From a virus (Duplodnaviria > Heunggongvirae > Uroviricota > Caudoviricetes): a DNA stretch of 64,000 nucleotides. Of the stretch, positions 1 to 8,350 are shown in pieces; within the stretch, counting starts at the first letter, position 1, and each line of letters starts with the position of its first letter. The stretch lies in IMG/VR virus record IMGVR_UViG_2537562189_000009, one strand, 5' to 3'. The notes under the pieces are model-generated. The model saw only the letters and a list, made by a program, of their open reading frames with translations, searched no databases and had not been told where the DNA came from. A program made the translations under genes and the position numbers.

Positions 1-103
1 CAGAACTTTTATTTTTGACAAACATATTATGTTTTCAACAATATCCTGAGCCAGGTATATTCCAGTATAAGGCTCTGCCGGAAGGAATCTGGAAGAATGA
101 ATA

Positions 104-180
104 TGGCGCGCTGTACTGGATTCGAACCAGTGACCGATTGCTTAGAAGGCAATTGCTCTGTCCGGCTGAGCTAACAACGA
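104..180 (-). tRNA. tRNA-Arg (anticodon TCT), phage argN/argO-like
   Basis: Reverse complement folds as a 77-nt cloverleaf: D-arm GCTC/GAGC, anticodon loop CTTCTAA, T-loop TTCGAAT, 3' GCCA; position 1 (U) does not pair with 72 (C). Confidence 0.6.
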
Positions 181-263
181 CCGCCATCGGGGACCCGCCC
201 CCGCACCAACAACCCTGTTATCGTGTCGTCTGCTCTTCCTGATAAGCTAATGGCGGTTTGTGA

Positions 264-339
264 TGGTGGCCCTTGCTGGATTTGAACCAGCGACCTGGCG
301 ATTATGAGTCGCTCGCTCTCACCACTGAGCTAAAGGGCC
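264..339 (-). tRNA. tRNA-Ile2 (anticodon CAT, lysidine type), ileX/ileZ-like
   Basis: Reverse complement GGCCCTTTAGCTCAGTGG...CTCATAA...GGTTCAAATCC...GGGCCACCA; perfect 7-bp acceptor stem; near-identical to E. coli ileX from memory. Confidence 0.85.
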
Positions 340-371
340 GGGAGCAGAATAATAACGGTCCGTAATTAATT

Positions 372-402
372 CCGCAATAAAAAACCCGCTCGGCGGCGGG
401 TT
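372..402 (-). terminator. Intrinsic terminator (tR'-like) between Q and the tRNAs
   Basis: Minus-strand hairpin CCCGC-loop-GCGGG (plus 385-400) followed by a U-run (plus A-run 375-384). Confidence 0.5.
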
Positions 403-442
403 GTAGAAACTCTTCTAACGTCAGGCATAAAAAGCCCATCAT

Positions 443-480
443 TATGACGAATTTACCACAGATTCCGGAAAAATCAACCT
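443..480 (-). promoter_or_regulatory. Candidate late promoter (pR'-like) just downstream of Q
   Basis: Minus-strand -35 TTGATT (472-477) and -10 TAAATT (450-455) with 16-nt spacer; position matches lambda pR'. Confidence 0.4.
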
Positions 481-482
481 TG

Positions 483-1304
483 TTACCTAGTTACCTTTTT
501 TAACTGCCGCTCAGCCCATGCTTCTTCAATATCAAACCGGGTCACCAGCGCATCATAGAATTTCTTAACTGTTTTTTCCCATGACGCGCGTGTTATCTGG
601 TTTGTCACCTCGCATATAGCATTAAATGCCTCCGTTGATGGTAGTCTTTCATAGCCACGACCACCACAACGCTGGCAGTCTCTGATAACAGGCATACCAC
701 GTTTTACCGACTCTTCACGATGAATGGCGACACCACGCCCACGGCAATCCTTACAGGCGGTGGAAACCTCACCCTTTCCGCCACACTCCGGACAGGCAAC
801 TTTTACCACCTCCCTGACTTTTTTCCATTCTTCCCAGTAAGACGGATACACACCTTTCGTACACTTTGCCCATACCGGCGGCTTACCATCCGGATACTGG
901 ACCTTGTTTGTAAAAACTATGCTTTCAATAAATTTTTCCCCATAGCAACAAGGGCACTGCTTTTTACTCGCTGCGCTGCGGGCATAATCCTCAAAAGCGT
1001 ACGAAGCCATAATGCGCATCACTACCGGTTTTATTTCTGCCGGAAGTTTTCTCAACGCCGCCACACGATCGCACCGACGGAGTGCATAATCTGCCAGTAA
1101 TTCTGTTGCCCGCGCCCTGTCATTCATACTGATGCCCATTTTCCCCAGGAACGCAGAAAAACCCATCTCAGCCCGATTCTGTGTCATGCCCTGCGCGGCC
1201 ATCACATCAGTGATACTCAGCGCATCTTTTGACGTTGAGGCCGATGCATCGGTCAGGCAAGGGGATTTTGGGGAGTAGTATTTCGGTAAATCTTCCAGTT
1301 TCAT
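483..1304 (-). CDS. Late antitermination protein Q-like (273 aa)
   Basis: Sits immediately upstream of pR'/tR' and the phage tRNAs; several CxxC pairs; resembles QuuQ-type Q proteins from memory; start overlaps rusA stop. Confidence 0.7.
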   Translation of the reverse strand: MKLEDLPKYYSPKSPCLTDASASTSKDALSITDVMAAQGMTQNRAEMGFSAFLGKMGISMNDRARATELLADYALRRCDRVAALRKLPAEIKPVVMRIMASYAFEDYARSAASKKQCPCCYGEKFIESIVFTNKVQYPDGKPPVWAKCTKGVYPSYWEEWKKVREVVKVACPECGGKGEVSTACKDCRGRGVAIHREESVKRGMPVIRDCQRCGGRGYERLPSTEAFNAICEVTNQITRASWEKTVKKFYDALVTRFDIEEAWAERQLKKVTR

Positions 1305-1675
1305 TTTTTGACCTGCTCTTCATGCATTATGGGGTAAATCTTCACCCCCATACGTCCACCAGATACTGGCTGACCACGAACGATATTGATTTCATCAAAC
1401 TGCTCATCGTCCATTAACACTCCCGCATGCGTCAGCGCATCCAGCGGTGCTTTCAGGATATTGTCCAGGTCGCGACGACGCTTATCCGGTGGCTCTGCAA
1501 TCACCTTTATCGCCAGCCTTCCGGACAGGCTTAATTTCAGCCGCTGCTGGCGAACAATAAGCGCCACAGCCCGGCGATAACGCTTTCCCTCCTCCGAGAT
1601 AAAATATGTGCTGCCACGGCGTCGCCAGTAAGTGTTCACCGTCGGCGGGTAAGGTAAAACCAAATCTATGAGCAT
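1301..1675 (-). CDS. rusA: Holliday-junction resolvase RusA (124 aa)
   Basis: RusA-family motif PDKRRRDLDN; size and nin-region position typical. Confidence 0.8.
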   Translation of the reverse strand: MLIDLVLPYPPTVNTYWRRRGSTYFISEEGKRYRRAVALIVRQQRLKLSLSGRLAIKVIAEPPDKRRRDLDNILKAPLDALTHAGVLMDDEQFDEINIVRGQPVSGGRMGVKIYPIMHEEQVKK

Positions 1676-1687
1676 CAGTCACCTCTT

Positions 1688-2776
1688 TTACCCAAGTACG
1701 CCAGTTGCAAAGGCGTGATCAAGAAAACGAAAAATTAAATCAACCTGAGAACCATGCTTTTCTTCGAACGCCAGCGGATCCGCATGAAGCTCGTTGTGAT
1801 GCTCCCGACACAGCGGTAGCGTGAAAATATCGTGAGATTTTGTCCCCATTCCGCCCTGACCATGACCAATCAGGTGATGGGGATCGTCGGCTGGCTTACC
1901 ACAACACGCACACGGCTGTGTCTTCACCCAGCGTGTGTATTTCTCGTTAACCCAGCGGCGACGTTTAGGTCGTTTCATAAAAGATTCCGGAGACTCAGGA
2001 TCAACGGCAATGCTGACCACCGTCTTTTCCTGTGGTGGGTTCTGTTGCTGGTGGGCGTGAGGCAGCGGCGCAAGATTTTTTGTGCGCTGTTTCAGTATGC
2101 TGGTGGCGGTCTGCTCTCCCGGTACGATGTCGCTTTCACGGTACATTGAGCGGATTTTTTCCGCACGCAACCCCAGCGAACGACGTAATACCGCTTCCGG
2201 TAGCGCGTCCGCCACCTGATTGCGGACCGCCCACCAGGATAATTCAGCCCGAGATAATTCACGCTCCTGCGTACCGCTTATTGCGTGACGGATGACGTCA
2301 ATCACCCATGCTGTCAGATTTTGTTGAGCAAGCAGCTCCAGTGATTCCGATGTCTGGTCACGCAGTTGGTTGTCGCAGTGCCAGCACAACACCATTGCGC
2401 CGGTACCATAACGGTGAATGACTGTTTCAGTGTGATGGTAATCGCCATTAGGCCACTGGCAGGATGTAACATGACGTAATAGCCAGTCGGACAATGCGCC
2501 AACGCCGCCAGCAGCACGAATCACCCGTTCGTTACTAAAAAACGGCAGCAATGTTTTGTCTTCCGCCAGCGGCTGGCGAACGGCAGGAACGACTCCGGAT
2601 GGCAGATTACGCATGCTTTTTGGTTCCGGTTCCACCAGCACTCGAGGATTATGAAATATCTGTATGGATTCACGGCCCGGCTTAAGGACCACCAGCCCAA
2701 GCTCAGGCACCAGAACAGGTCTAAGTAATACCCGCACGTTACCTCCAGATCCGTTGCTGGAAAGTGCGGGACGCAC
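1688..2776 (-). CDS. YdfU-like (DUF968) nin-region protein with C-terminal HNH-like Cys/His motif
   Basis: C-terminus CACCGK...HHLIGHG...CREHHNELH; position between rusA and rem as in Qin; true start may be an internal Met. Confidence 0.55.
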   Translation of the reverse strand: MRPALSSNGSGGNVRVLLRPVLVPELGLVVLKPGRESIQIFHNPRVLVEPEPKSMRNLPSGVVPAVRQPLAEDKTLLPFFSNERVIRAAGGVGALSDWLLRHVTSCQWPNGDYHHTETVIHRYGTGAMVLCWHCDNQLRDQTSESLELLAQQNLTAWVIDVIRHAISGTQERELSRAELSWWAVRNQVADALPEAVLRRSLGLRAEKIRSMYRESDIVPGEQTATSILKQRTKNLAPLPHAHQQQNPPQEKTVVSIAVDPESPESFMKRPKRRRWVNEKYTRWVKTQPCACCGKPADDPHHLIGHGQGGMGTKSHDIFTLPLCREHHNELHADPLAFEEKHGSQVDLIFRFLDHAFATGVLG

Positions 2777-3017
2777 GTGGTGGGCGGTCGGAATAAGGCA
2801 GCCTGACAGAGATTATCCAGTGCCGATAGTCGAGACTGAGAGCTTTCTTAACCTCGAACCCGCGCCTGCGGTAAGAATGAATCAGCCATTCGGCCTGTTC
2901 TGCAGTGCATGGAGGGTGCTGGAACCATTCAGACTTGAATGCGTGAGAATACCGCCCGTGCGTGCAGGCAAGAACGGGCGAATTATCAGAATTGTAATAT
3001 TTTGCGTTGCGTGCCAT
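2739..3017 (-). CDS. Hypothetical small protein (92 aa)
   Basis: ORF only; overlaps the 5' end of the ydfU-like ORF; no motif recognised. Confidence 0.3.
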   Translation of the reverse strand: MARNAKYYNSDNSPVLACTHGRYSHAFKSEWFQHPPCTAEQAEWLIHSYRRRGFEVKKALSLDYRHWIISVRLPYSDRPPRASRTFQQRIWR

Positions 3018-3083
3018 CGGTTTTCTCCGGTGGCACGGTGTTACTCAGCGGGAGTTCAGCCCCGCGCAAGATTGTAGATGAGT

Positions 3084-3335
3084 TTATTCTCCTGAAAAAG
3101 CAGAAAAGCCAGCTTTTATTCCGATCTCTTTCAATGCCTGTAATGAAGTGACAAACTCACCTTCGCGCAAGATAAATCCGTCCGTGACCCGAGCATCCAC
3201 AAAATTAATTAACGCAGCCCCATTCTTTCGCAAACACATAATGCGGTAATGACTAACAAGATTTCCATTTTCAACGCACACAGCATAGAGGCCATCTTCA
3301 CAAAAAATTTTACGCAGTTCTTCGATGTTCATCAT
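3084..3335 (-). CDS. rem: Rem-like protein (83 aa)
   Basis: Sequence MMNIEELRKIFCEDGLYAVCVENGN... matches Qin Rem from memory; located downstream of hok. Confidence 0.7.
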   Translation of the reverse strand: MMNIEELRKIFCEDGLYAVCVENGNLVSHYRIMCLRKNGAALINFVDARVTDGFILREGEFVTSLQALKEIGIKAGFSAFSGE

Positions 3336-3454
3336 CAGAATCCTTCCGGATAATTAGCTCTCCCCTTTAAGGGACCATCCCTCTTATCCCTGCGCGCTAC
3401 TTAAGTATTTTTGATTCTATTCCGGCACCGTCCAGAACTTCAAACGCGTTAGAA

Positions 3455-3483
3455 AACTAAAAACAAAAACCCGCCGAAGCGGG
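3455..3483 (-). terminator. Intrinsic terminator downstream of hok copy 1 (same motif near 4070-4097 for copy 2)
   Basis: Minus-strand hairpin CCCGCTTCGGCGGG (plus 3470-3483) followed by a U-run. Confidence 0.5.
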
Positions 3484-3553
3484 TTAAGTGCGAGTGCGTT
3501 GAGGATGCCTGCCACATCAGAGGTGGCGAGGGATTTCTCCCTCGCCGGGTCTC

Positions 3554-3709
3554 TTACTCCTCAGGTTCGTAAGCTGTGAAGACAGCGACCTCCGTCTGGC
3601 CGGTTCGGATTCGTACCTCGCAGAGGTCTTTCCTCGTTACCAGTGCCGTCACTATGACGGTTAAACAGATGACGATCAGGGCGATTAACATCGCCTTTTG
3701 CTGCTTCAT
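3554..3709 (-). CDS. hok: Hok-family type I toxin (51 aa), copy 1
   Basis: MKQQKAMLIALIVICLTVIVTALVTRKDLCEVRIRTGQTEVAVFTAYEPEE; the track ORF 3554-3766 adds an in-frame mok-like leader. Confidence 0.8.
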   Translation of the reverse strand: MKQQKAMLIALIVICLTVIVTALVTRKDLCEVRIRTGQTEVAVFTAYEPEE

Positions 3710-3759
3710 AGCCTGCTTCTCCTTGCCTTTCGGCACGTAAGAGGCTAACCTACATGTGT

Positions 3760-3951
3760 CTAGCATACAAACTCACCTTCGCGCAAGATAAATCCGTCTG
3801 TCACTCGACCATCCACAAAATTAATTAACGCAGCCCCATTCTTTCGCAAACACATAATGCGGTAATGACTAACAAGATTTCCATTTTCAACGCACACAGC
3901 ATAGAGGCCATCTTCACAAAAATTTTTACGCAGTTCTTCGATGTTCATCAT
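3760..3951 (-). pseudogene. Truncated duplicate of rem (63 aa)
   Basis: First ~60 codons almost identical to rem; reading frame runs into the duplication joint and ends ...REGEFVC. Confidence 0.6.
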
Positions 3952-4167
3952 CAGAATCCTTCCGGATAATTAGCTCTCCCCTTTAAGGGACCATCCCTCT
4001 TATCCCTGCGCGCTACTTAAGTATTTTTGATTCTATTCCGGCACCGTCCAGAACTTCAAACGCGTTGAAAATAAAAACAAAAACCCGCCGAAGCGGGTTA
4101 AGTGCGGGTGCGTTGAGGATGCCTGCCACATCAGAGGTGGCGAGGGATTTCTCCCTCGCCGGGTCTC

Positions 4168-4323
4168 TTACTCCTCAGGTTCGTAAGCTGTGAAGACAGC
4201 GACCTCCGTCTGGCCGGTTCGGATTCGTACCTCGCAGAGGTCTTTCCTCGTTACCAGTGCCGTCACTATGACGGTTAAACAGATGACGATCAGGGCGATT
4301 AACATCGCCTTTTGCTGCTTCAT
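4168..4323 (-). CDS. hok: Hok-family type I toxin (51 aa), copy 2
   Basis: Protein identical to copy 1; upstream leader 4381-4512 is homologous to the leader of the hok locus at 30383-30571. Confidence 0.8.
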   Translation of the reverse strand: MKQQKAMLIALIVICLTVIVTALVTRKDLCEVRIRTGQTEVAVFTAYEPEE

Positions 4324-4768
4324 AGCCTGCTTCTCCTTGCCTTTCGGCACGTAAGAGGCTAACCTACATGTGTCTAGCATGAAATTGGCCTCAGATTAAT
4401 GTTAAGCGTCTTGCAGGACGCGTAATGTTAACTGGGGCTTTTCTCTATCTGCCGTTGGTATTCATGCCCGAGGCAGATAGCCTCAAGCACCCGCAGGCAT
4501 TCTACTTAACTCCCGTTATCTCGCCAATATGAAATCAGTCAGAAAGGCGATCCATAAGAATAACAGAACAATAAATTACCCGCACCACCGCAATAGTCAG
4601 CGAACATTTAAGAACCAACATGACAGCCTCCCACATTTAAAGTACGTATGTTCTAATAAATATAAATGGCATGATTCTGCGAAATACTTACATAAGCAAT
4701 TCGCTCAAATCTGACTGTCAGTTTTGAGCGAGAAAAATGATATCTACATATCTATCAAATTACAAATC

Positions 4769-6493
4769 TTAAAGCCTAAAAAACTTATCGTCCTCCCCAA
4801 GCTCAAGCACAACACTATTATTTATGAAGTCTTGATCAATATTCTCCAACTTGTCTTTAAGAATAGCCAATATATATTGACCATTAATCCCCGAAGCTAT
4901 CTCGAATAACTTATTTATTTGATTTACATGAATTGCCTCAATTCCATCATGAGCTATAAAACGTGGTGTTCTGGCTTCTAAAGACTCCTGGACAGATAAA
5001 TAGGCAAAATCTAAAGAGGCAACCTGGGCTTTCTTTTTTCCTTCTCCCTGATTACCTGATGTGAGCAAAGTTCCTAAAGGTTCAATGGTAAAAACGAAAG
5101 AACCGGAGGAATCTTTATAGGAAAGAATATATTCATCCTGATATAATTTTTTAGTATATAAAGAAAAATAGGAATTGAATAGCGCAAGACGTTTGTTAAA
5201 ATCGTCAAGTTTAGATTTTAATCTATCTGACACATCATTAAACTTTGCTTTCAGTATATTAAAGTTGTTCTCCATCTCTTGGATTTGAAGTAGTCCAGCT
5301 TCAAGCCCACCTTTTTCTTCAAATAATGAATTTAATTTTTTTTGCATTATTTGCAGGTCTGCCAATGTCCCATGCGAAGACAAACTCTTTAAAAGCTCTG
5401 ATTCTTGAGTCAATAAGTTATTTAGTTCATCTTTATATTTGGAAATTTCTTGCAGCACTGGCTGCATTTGTTTTCTAATAAACTCAGCTTTTTTTACAAG
5501 CATTTTATTATGAAACGAAAGTAGCTCAGTAAACTCTTTGTTTAAGTTACCTAACCGATCAGTTGCTTCTAAGTACAACTTCTGTAGATCTAGTGTATTT
5601 ATATTTTCATGACTTTTTTCCAGATCTAGTATAGCCTTATCGTTTAATTTTTGCTTAAACTCCAAAGATGATAGTATGATAGAAACTTCACTAATTTTAA
5701 TTTTTAACTCATTTAACTCAGCAAGCATATCATTATAAGAGTCTGCCACTTGAAAATTAGAAATTAACTCTTCTTGTGCTATAATATCTCTATTTATAAT
5801 TGCAATAGCTTGTTCCAAAGCATTCTTTGAGCGATGGCGAGTAATTACTTCATAATCGGATTTCGCCAGTTTATAGGCTTTAGTCACTGACTGTTTTTCA
5901 TCCAGAATCTGTGAGTTACCGAACCCAAACATAAACAGATTTAACGTTTCATATTGTGTATTAGAACCCATTTTTATCGTTTTTAATGCGTTCGACATCT
6001 TGTCATGCGTATTTCGAATAACACGTCCCATAATCTCTCGTATGGTCGGTTTTATCGCGGAATCAAGATATAATGTTCTTTTTAAAGCCTCGTTGAAATC
6101 TTTAGCCTTCGTATAGGACTCTTCATTTATTGAGGCTATAACCTTCGTTTTATTAGTCTCAGATGTAATTTTACGCTTAATTTTTATTACTGGTGCAGTT
6201 TTATTATTCAAATCTTTTGTGAGAATTAAACAAAACTCAATCTCGTTCTCTATCAAATAATTTTTTATAACCGAATTTTCTTTCTTGAATTCAGGATCGG
6301 TATAAAAATTCAGTTGTTCTGCTCCAAAACAAAAATCTAAAGCTCTTAATACAGTAGTTTTTCCCACACCATTTCCAGTTTGCTCTTTGCTGGAGGTGTT
6401 TCGGTCAATAATCAAATTAACGCCAATGTGAAATTCGATATCACGAATCACTCCAAGCCTGAAAGAACTGACTATTAGCCGTTTCAAAAACAT
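4769..6493 (-). CDS. SMC/ABC-like P-loop ATPase with long coiled-coil (574 aa), candidate defence core
   Basis: N-terminal Walker A GNGVGKTT then LRALDFCFG (SMC/RecF/Rad50-like head), ~350 aa heptad-rich middle, C-terminal RFIAHDGIEAIH; start overlaps upstream ORF by 10 nt. Confidence 0.7.
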   Translation of the reverse strand: MFLKRLIVSSFRLGVIRDIEFHIGVNLIIDRNTSSKEQTGNGVGKTTVLRALDFCFGAEQLNFYTDPEFKKENSVIKNYLIENEIEFCLILTKDLNNKTAPVIKIKRKITSETNKTKVIASINEESYTKAKDFNEALKRTLYLDSAIKPTIREIMGRVIRNTHDKMSNALKTIKMGSNTQYETLNLFMFGFGNSQILDEKQSVTKAYKLAKSDYEVITRHRSKNALEQAIAIINRDIIAQEELISNFQVADSYNDMLAELNELKIKISEVSIILSSLEFKQKLNDKAILDLEKSHENINTLDLQKLYLEATDRLGNLNKEFTELLSFHNKMLVKKAEFIRKQMQPVLQEISKYKDELNNLLTQESELLKSLSSHGTLADLQIMQKKLNSLFEEKGGLEAGLLQIQEMENNFNILKAKFNDVSDRLKSKLDDFNKRLALFNSYFSLYTKKLYQDEYILSYKDSSGSFVFTIEPLGTLLTSGNQGEGKKKAQVASLDFAYLSVQESLEARTPRFIAHDGIEAIHVNQINKLFEIASGINGQYILAILKDKLENIDQDFINNSVVLELGEDDKFFRL

Positions 6494-6720
6494 AATATCA
6501 AATCTCCATTTTCGTTAGCATCAACCAGGCCTAATAAATATAGCCAATTTAAAGTGTAAATATATTGCGTGAATGAAGAGTTGTTATTTTTAGATTTGAA
6601 TTCATTATACAAGTCTATAATATCAACATACGAATAAGCATTTGAACTCATGCATTCTAATAACCGAGCCCCCAGGTAATACAAGGTTTGGCTTGGTTTT
6701 GTTACATCAGAGATAATCAT
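6484..6720 (-). CDS. Small operon partner (78 aa), unknown function
   Basis: Translationally coupled by 4-nt overlap upstream and 10-nt overlap downstream; no histidine; no motif recognised. Confidence 0.5.
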   Translation of the reverse strand: MIISDVTKPSQTLYYLGARLLECMSSNAYSYVDIIDLYNEFKSKNNNSSFTQYIYTLNWLYLLGLVDANENGDLILCF

Positions 6721-7313
6721 ATTGGTTTTTCCAGAATCTTACACTCTACGAATGCATGATAAACGATAAAAGAAGCATGGCATTCGATTTCTTCGCTTGT
6801 GTAATTCATTGCCATAAGAGAATTTAAGCATTTCTTAATGATGTGCTCTATTACACTGTCTATTATCCAATCTGCAAACTCTCTTACCAATTGAATCTTT
6901 AAATTATTCCGTTCCTGAGCATCCTTGCAGCTCTTATACGCTTCTCTATGTTTAAGTAATAAATCTCCTTGACAATCAAGATATCGTGAATTGATGCTTT
7001 TCAGTGCCGTTTCCTTAGCAGTAGGCATACTTTCATTTAATGTTTCATACGCTTTATCTATCATCGAAGAATATAGATAGAACCCTTCAATACGTTCTCT
7101 ATGTTTTATAACATCATTGAAGTCTATTTTATTCTCAATATCATATGGCTCGTAGTCATTGTTTGTACGAGGATCAATAACATTCGAATCAACTAAAATA
7201 CCAACAAGATCCATAAAAATCGATGGAGACTTTATAATATCAACAGAGTTAGAATCGACAACCACCTGCACATTACGTGAGTAATTCCCTGACCTTTGAG
7301 TAACACCAACCAT
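6717..7313 (-). CDS. Operon partner (198 aa), unknown function
   Basis: Abuts the 81-aa ORF and overlaps the 78-aa ORF; several conserved-looking Cys/His/Glu but no recognisable nuclease or enzyme motif. Confidence 0.5.
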   Translation of the reverse strand: MVGVTQRSGNYSRNVQVVVDSNSVDIIKSPSIFMDLVGILVDSNVIDPRTNNDYEPYDIENKIDFNDVIKHRERIEGFYLYSSMIDKAYETLNESMPTAKETALKSINSRYLDCQGDLLLKHREAYKSCKDAQERNNLKIQLVREFADWIIDSVIEHIIKKCLNSLMAMNYTSEEIECHASFIVYHAFVECKILEKPI

Positions 7314-7315
7314 GA

Positions 7316-7561
7316 TCAGCCTCGCTTGTTTTCATTATTTCCAAAAACGACCGTCTGATTATTTTTTGAATGGCTACCGCTTTTTTGAATTATTGTATGC
7401 CCTGAACTTTTTTTATTAACAATAAATGTACCTAAAAATGTTACAAGAAAGCTACCAGAAGTGAACATCAATGGCACACTATTGAAGTGATATGCAGCAA
7501 AGCCAGCGCAAGCAACGAATGTCAAAGAAAATATTCTAATCATAATTCGGATCATAGCCAC
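7316..7561 (-). CDS. Small membrane protein (81 aa, two predicted TM helices), first gene of the operon
   Basis: Hydrophobic stretches IRIFSLTFVACAGFAAY and FLVTFLGTFIV; followed by a ~317-bp AT-rich upstream region (likely promoter). Confidence 0.5.
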   Translation of the reverse strand: MAMIRIMIRIFSLTFVACAGFAAYHFNSVPLMFTSGSFLVTFLGTFIVNKKSSGHTIIQKSGSHSKNNQTVVFGNNENKRG

Positions 7562-7878
7562 ATCCTGTAAGTACTGTTGTCATCTTTTAGTGATTCTTGA
7601 ATCCCATACTATACAAAAGCTTATCCATCTTTTGTACAAGCTTCCGCTTTGAAAGTGACATTATAAAGTAACTACAACTTAGAGTGCATCCCCCTAAATA
7701 TCTCCGATGGTGATAGTTGCTGGCTACAACTTACTTTCATAACCAACTAACTGGCTTGCTCTGCGTTAATTAGTGCATAGGAATGTCAGCATTATCCGCT
7801 CTTGGCACAAACCAAACGACCACGCTAGCGCTAATCTTGTGCCACGAAAATGTCAATTCACATCTGAACTAATGCTCT

Positions 7879-8310
7879 TTAATCTCGTCGCTTCAATAGA
7901 TATCGAGCATTTCCCTGATAGAATGCGAGTATGCGCTGCATAACTTCAGTCTTCCGGCACTCGCGACAGATTATGTTTAGGCGACTGTCGTAGCGGCGTA
8001 TTTCTCCGTCAGGTAATGACCAGATAAGGTCCGGATCAACCACAGCAGGTTTCTTCACCTTTGCCCTCGAGAGTTTTTTGCGGGCGTTTTGCCAGTCCTT
8101 ACGCGCCTGTTCAGACGGGAATAACCCGTAGCCGGAGTTGTATACATCGCCACTGGCTACCAGCTCTCTGGCAAGAACGCTCATCAGATATCTAGTCGCA
8201 CCTGTTTTAGCTTCCAGTTGCCGTAACGTCTCACGACCGCTCTGGCGCACGAGTTCCACCACCTGCCCTTTAATTTTTTCCCGCTCTTCTTGTGTAAAAA
8301 CTTTTGCCAC
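7879..8310 (-). CDS. Hypothetical phage early protein (143 aa)
   Basis: ORF with normal GC, co-oriented downstream of the replication gene; no motif recognised. Confidence 0.4.
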   Translation of the reverse strand: MAKVFTQEEREKIKGQVVELVRQSGRETLRQLEAKTGATRYLMSVLARELVASGDVYNSGYGLFPSEQARKDWQNARKKLSRAKVKKPAVVDPDLIWSLPDGEIRRYDSRLNIICRECRKTEVMQRILAFYQGNARYLLKRRD

Positions 8311-8350
8311 AAGTCCCCCTTAAAATTACCTCATGACCTGAAATCAACAC

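Larger units (their letters stand above)
3151..4380. repeat. Tandem direct duplication of the hok-rem module (units 3151-3766 and 3767-4380)
   Basis: Two near-identical units of 616 and 614 bp, a few substitutions and one 2-nt indel; novel joint at 3766/3767 truncates the second rem copy. Confidence 0.9.
4515..7878. other. AT-rich cargo island inside the prophage, candidate defence locus
   Basis: Base composition visibly AT-rich by eye (not computed) against normal-GC flanks; occupies the slot between hok and replication genes where K-12 Qin carries relBE-ydfV-flxA. Confidence 0.6.

Noticed and set aside
15-242. Plus-strand 75-aa ORF overlapping the tRNA genes
   Set aside because: Overlaps two well-formed minus-strand tRNAs; no RBS.
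3554-3766. 70-aa in-frame ORF as the hok gene
   Set aside because: Hok family toxins are ~50 aa; the conserved protein starts at the internal MKQQKAM, so the upstream 19 codons are treated as a mok-like leader.
4529-4909. Two plus-strand 61-aa ORFs at the edge of the AT-rich island
   Set aside because: Low-complexity products in AT-rich DNA; the second overlaps the 3' end of the ATPase gene; likely chance ORFs.
4769-7561. Assigning the four-gene operon to Septu, PARIS, Lamassu, Gabija or Wadjet
   Set aside because: No HNH, DUF4435/Toprim, recognisable Lamassu effector or OLD/Toprim domain, and partner sizes do not fit; left as unclassified.
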